Origin: Anthoceros angustus
Lineage: Eukaryota; Plantae; Anthocerotophyta
Assembly: GCA_010909165.1 (NCBI GenBank)
Contig: VJWM01000209.1
Location: 1 to 64,000 of the forward strand
Reading direction: 5' to 3'
Length of the DNA: 64,000 bases
Part shown: positions 25,558 through 36,199 of the stretch, in pieces
How positions within the stretch are numbered: position 1 is the first letter of the stretch
Layout: each line of letters begins with the position of its first letter
Notes under the pieces: model-generated
Databases searched by the model: none
Seen by the model: only the letters and a program-made list of their open reading frames with translations
What the model was told of the DNA's origin: nothing
Position numbers and translations under genes: made by a program

Positions 25558-26974
25558 CCCTTAGCTCGGGAGGTTGCTGTATCTTGGTTTGGGTCTTCAT
25601 CTTCAAGGTTGAAGAAATCTGCAGTAATAGGATCTTCATTCACAGTCGAAGTGCCCTCAACTGTAAAGCTCCAAATATCAATAGACCCTGGAGTGCCACA
25701 AAATTTTTGGTTTGTGCCCAAGAAGAAGTCCATCTGCTCAAAAAAGGGCCAAGAGCCTGGTGTCCCCTTGATACATGCTTTACCTTTTCTCCTTCATCGT
25801 ATTTCTTCTTCAGCGCCTCTACTTTACCTTTTGCATAACGTCGGTCCAAGTACAGTATGGTGAAACCAGGCTGCAAATTTCATGCGAATGCTTCACCTCC
25901 AAATTGCCATTGTTCACTTTGAAATATTTCTCTTCAACATCAAAATTAGTTTTTGGGTGCCTTCATCTGTTCAAGTCGTCTTCTCCAAACCAACCTGCTG
26001 GCTGCATTATTCCACATGACCGTGGGAAAAATCTGCGCCGTAATGCAAAAGATCCGCCATGGCTTCCTTTTCAAGGCTAGCTAGGGCGCAACGTGACTTG
26101 GTATGGCTTTGTGAATCTCAATGTGTATTATTTAATACAATACATAACATCTTGGGGCGACCAATATGCACCCGGGATGAAGCACGAGTGAGGGCAATGT
26201 ATGCCGTAAACACTTCGACTATGAGGTCTACCCGTAGTCGTAGTGGGGAATACTATATAAAGGCACAACATCTTTTTATAAACTAGCTAGGCTGGTCAAT
26301 CTACGCAGTGAAAAGGGCAAAACGAACAGCAGCTTGGTTATTCTATGTGAATAGGCCATCAGTTTCGCAGTTACAAGCAAACCACTTCACGATCACATTT
26401 ACTTCCTGATTAAGTATATTTCCTGCTGGTCCTAATTAAGTATAGTGAATGAATCACCACCGTTTGTGAATAAAGTTGAACTTCAAGTTTCTTTAGGCTC
26501 TGTCTCCTAAGGCTCTATCTCTTTAGGCTGTGTTAAAGAAACATTTGTGAATGGTGTTTCAAAAAACTAGACAATATCGTTGAAGTAAACACGTAGTGTG
26601 GTTTTTTTAATACAAAATATGCTCAAATAAACCAAATAATATGGTGGAAAAACATGTATATTTTATTTTCGAAAACACATATTTTTGAAGAAACATGGAT
26701 TGGGATTTATGAAATTTAAAAGACAGCTTGAAGACATACTTGAACAAACATACATTATGTTGTAAAAACATGTATAGTGTTTGAGGAAACAAGCATTGTG
26801 TTTCAAAAACCATAAAAGAATTGCTTGAAGAAACATTATAGTTAGAAGAAATATTACATTTTTCAAGTCTTGCCATTGTGCAATGTAAAATTGATGTTGG
26901 GTATAGGCATGTAAATCCTCTATGTCACTGCAAAAGAAAGGACTGAAGATTCAAGCTAGGATGCTTGAACGTGG

Positions 26975-27190
26975 CTTACCGTGCTGAATTGGTGCCATTA
27001 ATTTCAACTTAAATGAAGGAGAAGGCATAGCAATCTCAGCACACTTAGCACAACCTGGATGAAGGAATTACACCAACTACTTGTTGTACTTGCACCTGGT
27101 GCAAGTGCTAAGACTCCAGCTCAATCCATTTTCGTTGTCATCTCCATTCAAGTGTGTGACCACGCAGGAATTGGCGCGCACAAAGCTGAT
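26975..27190 (-). pseudogene. Possible relic exon with an RPA70-C-like C4 zinc ribbon (copy 2 at ~46640-46850)
   Basis: The minus frame reads WSLSTCTRCKYNK*LV*FLHPGCAKCAEIAMPSPSFKLKLM, which is Cx2Cx13Cx2C with two stops, followed by a GTAAG donor. Confidence 0.3.
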
Positions 27191-27476
27191 AACGGGCTTA
27201 TCACGGGCCCGGGAAGTAGAGCATTTAAATATGATTTACGAAACAGGAACACCAAAAGTGAAGCATGGATAAATGAAAACCGTTTTGGTTTTAAAACCGC
27301 ACGCGACACAGGTACAGTATTCACATGGATGCGAGTCTTCATCGTACATGCCACATGCACGGACATGGAGGCAACGACCGTATACGGACCGCATACGGGA
27401 TGGAGGTGCACAGGCTGCCCGGATGGTCGGGCCAATCTGCTTTTAAAGAATTCCTTGCAGCGCTGCTACTGGGGGG

Positions 27477-27600
27477 AGGGACTGCAGCTGCCTCTGCGTG
27501 CTTGAAATGCATTCCAGTCATTGAAAGTATCGCAGGGGCAGTCACGGACGTGGTATTGGTTGTGGGGATTGGAGTGGCGCTTGCAGCTACGAGAGGATGA
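27477..27600 (+). pseudogene. Relic 5' fragment of an older P450 paralog (copy 2 at ~47148-47271)
   Basis: TGCAGCTGCCTCTGC...ACG GAC GTG GTA TTG GTT GTG GGG ATT GGA GTG GCG CTT GCA (TDVVLVVGIGVALA) parallels 27706-27811 (MEVTLGVEIGVALA). Confidence 0.75.
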
Positions 27601-27770
27601 GCTGGTCGCACGCCTCAACTTGCCTTCACACTTCACAGCATTGATGCTGAGCATTGTGTGACCTCCACAGCTCATGAAGCTGAGCATTGTGTGAAGTGGG
27701 AGGGAGTGCAGCTGCCTCTGCCTCTGCATTCTTGAGTTGAATGCCGTTGTTGAAATAATCGGAGGCAGCC

Positions 27771-30006
27771 ATGGAAGTGACATTGGGTGTGGAGATTGGA
27801 GTGGCGCTTGCAATTGCGGTGCTAGCTGTGGCCTGGCCAGTGTGGAGGTACTGGGAGCGGAGGGGATGTGGGCGCCCAAGGGCTCAAGCAGCTGCCGGGG
27901 ACCATGGGCTTCCCCTGCTGGGAGAGACGATGGAGCTGCTGGGCTACTTCAAGGTCGGGGATCCGGAGACATTCACGGCCAAGCGCTTTCGCAAGTATGG
28001 CGATGTGTTCAAGTCGCACCGTGTTAGGAGTCCGTATGTGTTTTCACGGGCGCCGAGGCGGCCAAGCTCTTGCTCTCAATGGAGCACAAGCTGGTACAGG
28101 CGCACCAGTTCCTCCCGCGAGGCAGTTGGTGGGCAAGGAGTCGCTCCTCAATGTGCACGGCCCCACGCACAAGTTCTATCGCAAAATTCTCAACGAATCC
28201 TTCATGGGCGAAGGCATTAGGAAGTATCTGCCGGTGTCGGAGCAATCGGCTCTAGAGACCCTCAGTTCCTGGAAACTGGGCGACGTCCCCGTCATGAGAC
28301 ACGACATGGCCAAGGTGCGTGCACCAGGAATGGGCCACTCTTACCGTTTGTCTGCAATCTAATTGCAATGTTTGTGCAGAGCTCGTGATGTTTGCTAACT
28401 GGTAGTTGCTGACGGTGCGCAGTTCGCTTATCATGTGATCGCGGGACTGGTGCTGAGCTGGGGTCCTGGTTCAGTGCGTGACAGGAGCTTGGAGCTCACC
28501 GAAACAGTGAGTACCAGCTTGATCACGGTGCCCATCAATCTTCCTGGATTCGCCTTTCACAAGGCCATGCAGGTGGAATTCATTCAGGCCCAATTTGGAG
28601 CACAGGTGTCCAATTTCTCCCAGGGCTTGCAATGGGCAATAAATCTAACAGTGCAAGTGGACTGGGCGTGCAGGCAAGAAAGGAGCTGGGTAAAATGTTC
28701 GACACCGAATTTGCGCTGAGAAGGAGCGGAAAATTTGTTCGCAGCGACCTGCTGAACGAAATGATGAAGGCAGTCGACCCCGATTCTTCAAGCGACAAGC
28801 CTGCCCTGGACGACGAGCAGCTGAGGGACAATGTGCTCACCATGATCGTTGCTGGCTTTGAGACCACCACCAACACACTCACCTGGCTTGCCAAGCTGCT
28901 GCATGAGAATCCCAGCGTCAAGGAGAAGCTGCTGGTGAGCCTGGCCCTGGGGATATATCAAGACGTCGTCCATAGGAATCGAAATTGGTTTGGAACAGCT
29001 TGGATCCAAGCGAGCCCACCTTGTTGTTTGGTTTTCTGTCTGTTTAACTGTAGGCTGAGCATTTGGCTCTGAGAAGAAACAAACAAGCTGGAGAGGCACT
29101 GACATGGGCGGATCTCGGCCAACCGATGGCCTACACCTTGAAAGTGAGACTCGAATCCCTCAACATCCTCCAACCTAGTAGTAGCCCAATACTCACTGGA
29201 ATCTGGCGTAAGCTAAGATCCATCTGTCTTGTCTCCTGTGTGCATGCAGGTGATCAACGAGGCACTCCGAGTGTCTTCTATCGCTTTCTGGTTGCATCGA
29301 CAGGTCAAGGAGGACTTTACATTCAACGGTATGTATGCTGCACCTGGCATTGGCAACCGTAAATATTCCTTCCCTACTCCAAGCGGGGAGTCCTAACATG
29401 GGTCCTTTCTCGCTACCTGACACGCATGTGCCACCTGCAGGATACCACATTCCTAAAGGCTGGAACTTTGTGCTCGACACTCAAAACTTGCACCATAGTC
29501 CAGACATCTTCCAAGACCCAGAGATCTTCAATCCCTCTCGCTTCGATGTAAGAGCCTGATGCTTGAATTCAACACTAGAATCATTACAGACGTCCGAATC
29601 ATAGACAACGAACAACATCTTGGGAGTTATCTTGTGACACTGCGTTCTGATGCTACCAACAGGTGCCACCGAAGCCCTTCACCCTGCTGCCGTGGGAGGT
29701 GGAAGCAGATTGTGCCTTGGGAAGGAGCTGGCACTAATGAACATGAAAGTGATGTTGCATCACATGATGCTTAAATTCAGGTGAGTCCCCATAATTCTTC
29801 TGCAATAGCTCACAAGTCATTTACAGTGCCCCTCTCTACATGTACTTCTTTGCTAACCGATGGGTGCCGACCCGTGTTGAAACAGGTGGACAGTAGACAA
29901 GCCAGACACTGGCCTAGTCGTTTCAGGTCTGCCATACCCCAAAACCGGTGTCCCCATACGCATCGAGGCTGTCCAGGACTACTCGTCTGCCAACCGAGCT
30001 ATGTAA
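27771..30006 (+). CDS. Cytochrome P450, CYP85 clan (CYP707/716/720-like), 8 exons, copy 1
   Basis: N-terminal anchor; LPGTMGFPLLGET; KYGDVFKSH; I-helix AGFETT; K-helix EALR; FNPSRF; heme motif W(G)GGSRLCLG. GT-AG exons: 27771-28314, 28423-28572, 28674-28934, 29054-29143, 29250-29328, 29441-29547, 29663-29780, 29886-30006. The 1-bp frameshifts fall mostly in homopolymers. Confidence 0.93.
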
Positions 30007-30542
30007 TACATCAGAGCTTGGCGTAAACCTTGGGATAAAGTGATCCTGCCGTCGAAGGTTATGGGTCCGACAAGGTCTCCAACTGTAGTGCTTCAATATT
30101 TTATCCAGTGGGTTTTAGTAAAAGGTGAGGTAGGACGTCTGGGACTATGGATCTTTCTGACAGTCCATTCCAGTTTTAGCAAAGGTGAGGTACGGACGTC
30201 TGCGTCCTCTGGCAGTCCCATTGCTGTCGCACGTTTCGACGGCACTGTATTCAGAAAAGTTGGAGATTCTTTGAGAAAAAGCTGCAGCATCTGCTTGCGA
30301 CTTGACAAGTTCATACTTCATACTGGAGTCAGCAATGTGCGAAAGCAGGAGGGATTGCTGCAGCATGGCATTCTTGAAATTGCATTCCGTCCTTCAAAGA
30401 ATCGCAGGGCAGCCATGGACGTGACGAGGGGCCTAACACGCGTATGATCAATCCTGCGTGGCGAGGAGATGACCAATTTGCTAATGTATCTGAAATATCT
30501 CCATGTATCTCAAATACGTGCAGAGATCCAGCCGCGTGCTAC

Positions 30543-32142
30543 GCTTAGCCGTAGAAATCAGGTGGCCAGGTGCGGGGCCCGCTGACATTGGTGTACTTCA
30601 TGGTCATGTCTCGCACATTGCCATTAACATCCATGACGTAGAGATCGTCTATACGGTCCAGCAATTCACCGGCCACCGGCCGGGGTCCTTGTCCGAGGCA
30701 TTTTTGTCTTTTGGTTTGTATATGATTACACTTGTCTAGCATGAAGTCATCGCAGATGCTTTGGTTTAGTGGTCGGATCAGCCCCCTGCACCGAAGCGAT
30801 CCCGGTCTTAATCCGTCTAGTCTGCATTTTGTGTGTCGGACACCCTTATGTCTAGTTTGCATTTTGTGTGTCGGACACCCTATGTCTGGACGCGATAACC
30901 CTTGTTGGGTTTGGCGTCACCAGGTTGCCCTTGTTGGGTCCCTTGTTGGTTGTTGCCCTTGTTGGGTCCCTTGTTGGGTTTGGCGTCACCCGGGTTGCCC
31001 TTGTTGGGTCTGGCGTGACCCGGGTTGCCCGCGGCATACAGAGGTATATACATATGAATGCATACAGAGGTATATACATATTCATATGGCAGATTGAGAG
31101 GGTATGGACTACATGGTCCTGGGTTGCCGGTGGCATACAGAGGTATATACATATGAATGCATATAGAGGTATATACATATTCTGCCATAGGACCGATGCA
31201 AAGCCGAGAGGCATGAGGCCGGCATGCGGGCATGCCTCTCTTTCTTTCCGGCGTCTCCCTTTCCGGCAACGGGGCGTCCGTCGTCGCTCCTCTCAACGGC
31301 TCCTTCCACCCTCCTCTCAACGGCTCCCGTCCGCGCTCCTTTCAACGCCGTCCAACGCCGTCCTTCCGCACCTGCTCACTCGTATGTGGTCCCAACTTGT
31401 TCCCACATCCCCTATTCTCGTTCCTAATGCGCTCCAAAACGAACGTTTCAAGTATCATAACCCACTTCTAATGCGGCTCAGTTCAGAGGGAAGCTTGACG
31501 GGTACGATCGAGCAAGCAAGCGGTAGTCTCTCCAATATCGTGATGTCAGCGGAATGGAACATTTGCCTCACACTCACTCAAGTGCAGACACCGGAGCCCG
31601 GCATCTTCACCAAGGAGCCTCACACTCAAGTGCAGACACCGGAGCCCGGCATCTTCACCAAGGAGCATTTGTCATGGGCTGTGGGCGATCATCGAGGGAA
31701 GATCAAAATGCACATGAATGTGAAGCGCGCTTACATTCCTTCTGACCGTGTAGGTGATTTTATTGCAGGTGAGAAAACATAATCTATTACAGTATGTTCA
31801 AAATGAACAGGACAGTGGGAGTTCGTGATCGAGTGCTTGGTGAAGAGGTTGAGACCCGAGACAGTTGAGACCCGAGACGGGTGACCATGAGAGGAGCGCG
31901 GACGGAGCCGTTAAGAGGAGCGACGACGGATGCCCCGTTGCCGGAAAGGGAGACGCCAGAAAGAAAGAGAGGCATGCCCGCATGTCGGCCTCATGCCTCT
32001 CGGCTTTGCATCGGGGTGCGTGGCCACACGGGCGATACGAATGGCAGGGCTCATTAAGTTTGCGTAAGCCTTAGGCGACGGGGGTCATGCACGAGGGAGT
32101 CAGCGGGCCCCGCACCTGGCCACCTGATTTTCACGTCTAGCC
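30543..32142 (+). mobile_element. Non-autonomous Mutator-like element (MULE): 44-bp TIRs, 9-bp TSD GCGTGCTAC
   Basis: Perfect 32-bp inverted repeat at 30555-30586 and 32099-32130, plus 12 imperfect outer bases on each side. GCGTGCTAC flanks it at 30534-30542 and 32143-32151. Confidence 0.85.
31543..31782 (+). pseudogene. N-terminal fragment of a MULE/SWIM zinc-finger protein (At4g13970/At1g60560-like); copy 2 at 51193-51429
   Basis: MSAEWNICLTL..VQTPEPGIFTKEHLSW...AYIPSDRVGDFIAGE resembles my recollection of the family N-terminus (W..I.SLPVQNP...F...DL.W...ALIPY.RVDDF..GE). It contains an internal 45-bp duplication. Confidence 0.65.
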
Positions 32143-32931
32143 GCGTGCTACTGTCTCTGAAATATATGCGGAGCTCGAGCCGCGTGCCAACGTGTTCTAG
32201 ACTCTGAAATTATGTGCCGAGCTCCAACCGCGTGCCGAAGAATTTGACATATGTGCGGAGGTACAGCCGCGTGGGCCGGGTCTCTTATTATTTAAACCCG
32301 CACAGTTCCTGCAGATGCTCGTATAAATGTGAGGCCCGCAAATCTGAGGCCCGCTTTTTACTGACCGGCGGTTGCGTCCCATGTATGAAATTCACCAGCC
32401 TGCTTGTCTGCTGCCTCGCGTCGCTAGCCCCGGCGAACATCGCATGTTTCGAGGGGTGAGGCCTGTCAGTCTTGGGCTGGTCAGGCGTCGTCTCTCGTCA
32501 GCCTCTCGACGCTCTGACATGCCTGGTAATGCCACTGGAGGCCACAAGTTTTTGCGACCCCCGGTGGATGTAAAACCAAAATCACGAGTCTGTCCAATGC
32601 CCATCACCCACGCATACACCGGCGGTCGAATGTGACAAAAGTTTTCAACTACGATTCGGCCAGGGTCACTTTGACTTGTCGTACGAAAAAGCGTTTCATG
32701 ACATCACGAGGACGTAAAAGCGTCCAGTGTCAGTGAAGTGCAGCTTGCGTGCATGTAATACAGAATTCTGTGTGTAAGGTAACGTACAAGTGAAGCTTGC
32801 ATGCCTTGTAGACTTTGGGCCATAATATTATAGAAGTCATAGAATACCCCGTCCCTTAGGCTATAATGCCCCGCCGTTTAATCATTCCGGCGAAGTCAGT
32901 TGTGTTGCCCAAGTGCTCACGGTCATCAGGA

Positions 32932-35900
32932 ATGGCTGCAGCGACTGTCACAAGAGCAGCAGCTGCAGCTGCTTCTCCGACCAGCTCAAGGTGGTGTCCG
33001 CAACGCCAACGCGGAGTGGCCAAGATACTCGGGGGGAGCATCGATATCGTCCAGTCGATCAAGAGAAGTAGAGGATGCAAGGCTTCCAAGGCGGCACATG
33101 TCGAGGCTTGGCAGGTGCATGCGTCCGCTGCGCATGGGCTTGGGCCGCTGCAAGCTCAGGCCACAGATTTACAAGCTGCAGAGCGCGAAGTGGAGGTGCT
33201 GGAGCGGCTGTGCTTCCGGATGATCGATATGATCCGGATGCAGATGCGGATGCGGAGATCCAGGAGTCGATCCGAAGCATCCAGAGTATGCTGCGGTCAC
33301 TCGGGGACAGGGCCATCTCCGGAGCCCTACGACGCGGCCTGGGTGGCCATGGTGCCGGCGGCGGGCGGCGTCCGGGGCCGCACTTCCCGAGGCGCTGGAG
33401 TGGGTGGTGCGTTCGCAGCTGCCGGAAGGCTGCTGGGCGGGCGACGCGCACCTCTTTAACGTCTACGATCGCCTGGTGGCGACTCTGGCGTGCGTGGTAG
33501 CGCTGCGAACATGGAGCGTGCATCCCGATGCCGTGCGGAAAGGGTGCGCCTTCATCCGGCAGCATATGCACCACGTGGATTCCGAGAACCACATCCACAG
33601 AACCGTGGGGTTCGAGATGGTGTTCCCGGCTATGCTGGAGCGGGCGAGCGCGCTGGAGCTGGATCTGCCGTACGACGCGCCCGCAACCAGCACCCTTCTG
33701 CGGGAGCGGGAGCGCAAGCTGAAGCAGATTCCGGTGGAGTTGGTGCAGTCGCAGCCCACGACGCTGCTGGCGTCGCTGGAAGGGATGGACGCCCTGAAGG
33801 GCTTCGACTGGGACAAGATCCGGAGGCTGCAGTCGCCGGCGGGCCACATGCTCACCTCTCCGGCCTCCACCGCCTGCTTGTACATGCACACCGGGGACAG
33901 CAAGGCGCTGCAGTACCTCACCCTGCTGGTGGAGACGACGGGGTGTTATCCCCAACCACTCGCCTGTCGACATCTTCGAGCGGCTGTGGATCGTGGACAG
34001 GCTGCAGCGTCTGGGTATCGCGCGCTACTTCAAGCCCGAGATCAAGGACATCCTGGACTTCGCCTTCCAGCGGTGGACGGAACGGGGCCTGAGCTGGGCC
34101 ACCGATTGCAATGTCACCGACCTGGACGACACCAGCATGGGCTTTCGCTTGCTGCGCCAGCATGGCTATCCTGTCTCTGCAGGTGCCCTCTGTACACTCA
34201 CGCATGTATCTTGGCATCCTTGGGCTTGCTCCCGCTTATCACACTTGTGGTGACTGTGTCTGTCTACTACTCATGTGATGCAGATGTGTTCAAGGCATTC
34301 TGCAAGGAGACCACTTCTCGTGCTGGGTCGACCACGGGTGCGACCTGGACACCGATGTCACCCCATGTTCAATCTGCACCGCGCGTCCGAGATGCGCTTC
34401 CCACACGAGGACTTGCTGGACAAGGCCTGGGAGTACACGCGCTTTCATCTGGGAGAAACAGCGACAGCCGCAGCTGTCGGACAGGTGGGTTGTGTCCAAA
34501 GATCTCCGAGGAGAGCTGGAGTACGCTTTGAGCTGCCCTGGTACGCCAGTATGCCTCGCTTTGAGACCAGGGCTTATATCGACCACTACGGCCCTGGCGA
34601 CGTGTGGATCGCCAAGAGCCTCTACAGGTGAGTACCTTCCGTCTCACATCGCTTTCACGCATTGGCGAGCTCCTGACAGCTGAGAAATCAATTGGGCATC
34701 CATGTAACTGCATCCATCTCTTTCCAAATTGTACAGGATGTATGGCGTCTGCAATTCAACATTCCTATCCCTTGCAAAAGCAGACTTCAACAAATTGCAA
34801 ACCATGTACCGCGCGGAGCTGGAGGCATTGAAGGAGTACGTGCAGTTCAAGTTTCCCATCATCCGATCCTCACTAATAGCCACAATGTCTGAAGAGGAAA
34901 GACTTAAGCTTGCCTATTAACTTCGCTTCCAATTCGCTCTGTGCACCGGTAGATGGGTATCAGAATGTCGCTTCGACCGTCTCCCATTTGCTCGCCACGA
35001 CAGGGTGATTCCAGGCTTCCGTGCGCGGCTGCCACCTCCTTCGAACCGGAGATGGCTGCGGTGCGCAGAGCCAGGACCCAACTCATGCTCCTGGCCACCA
35101 TACTCGACGATTACACCACCCTGTCAGGAGTTCCCCAGGACGAGCTCGACCGGTTCCAGGCTGCCACCAAAGGTACCGTTGCTAGCCGGTCATCCACTCG
35201 TAGCCATGCCACTGTCACTCGCCGACCGGACCGGCTGTCCTTCTCACTGCCTGCAATTGCTTGCTTCAACACATCTGTGTCCTTCTGCAGCTGGGACCCG
35301 TCCATGATCGACCACACCAACCACAGGCAGCGCATCGTTTTCATGGGCATCTTCGACACCATCGTCGAGATAGCCGACAAAGCATCCAAGGAGCAGGGCC
35401 GCGATGTCAGCAGGCATGTAATCGCATCGGTGAGTGACTTCTCTCTGGGGCTCTACTGTCCGCATCCCTAACAGCCTAGTGCATCCTCACTTGCTTGTTC
35501 AAGCATTGGCTCACCTACCCCCACGCGCAGTGGCAACGCTACGCCGAATGCGTGAGCATCCGAGCCAAGTGGAAGCGGAAGACATCATTCCCACCTGGAA
35601 CCAATTCATCCCAGTCGGCGCAATCTGCATCAGCGCGGAGCTCTGCAGTTTGGGACCTGGCTTCTTGATACCCGGTGTGGGGGTGAGCGAAGAGGCCATC
35701 AACTCGGAATACTACGACCTCCACATGAAGGTCTCAATTGTAGCGCGCCTCTTGAACGACCTCAGATCGTACCAGGTACGCTAATATGTAGTCAAGGTGA
35801 GGTTGCACATGTCTGATACATCACACAGCATACATGCATATGACCCGTCCCATGTCCAATCCTGGAATTGCCACAGAAGGGGATATCGGAAGTGAACAGT

Positions 35901-36157
35901 ATGGTTGTTCATATGAGAGAGTACCCGGAGAAGAGCGAGGAGGAAGCGGACCACGACATCCGAGCTATAGTGGAATCAACATGATACAGCTGGTGCAACA
36001 TGTCTTCACTCCATCGGCTGTGCCCACACCTGCAAACTCGTCTTTTGCACAATGCCATTGTCGCATATTACCTCTACGCAGACAACGACGGCTGGTCCTC
36101 CCCTCAGCCAAGATGCAGCACCACTTTAACCAGCTTCTTTTCAACCGTGTGATTTGA
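32932..36157 (+). CDS. Diterpene synthase (gamma-beta-alpha, class II DxDD active site, plastid transit peptide), 7 exons, copy 1
   Basis: Ala/Ser/Arg-rich transit peptide; SPYDAAWVA; QLPEGCW; DRLVATLACVVAL; VGFEMVFP; SLEG; SPASTA; VDRLQRLGI; DLDDTSMGFRLLR; DVWIAKSLYRM; RLLND. Introns at ~34183-34283, 34628-34737, 34835-34952, 35172-35290, 35430-35530 and 35776-35876. An upstream in-frame ATG exists at 32866. Confidence 0.95.
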
Positions 36158-36199
36158 TGTACTTCAGCCACCTCTATCAACTTCACTGCAGAAGTCGTT

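Noticed and set aside
26160-26215. AYIALTRAS resembling helicase motif VI
   Set aside because: No adjacent motif V is seen and it is not preserved in copy 2; probably chance.
30040-30450. Convergent gene end after the P450
   Set aside because: Only short ORFs with no recognisable similarity.
30868-31542. 5' part of the 304-aa ORF as a real protein
   Set aside because: It is translated from short tandem repeats (GTTGCCCTTGTTGGG, GAGGTATATACATATGAATGC) and the frame is not conserved in copy 2.
27771-36157. Calling the P450 and TPS pseudogenes because of frameshifts
   Set aside because: Indels cluster in homopolymers and mostly differ between copies, while splice sites and core motifs are intact; sequencing error is more likely.
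32932-36157. Assigning a gibberellin CPS/KS gene symbol
   Set aside because: The LHS/PNV dyad and intact class I motifs are absent.
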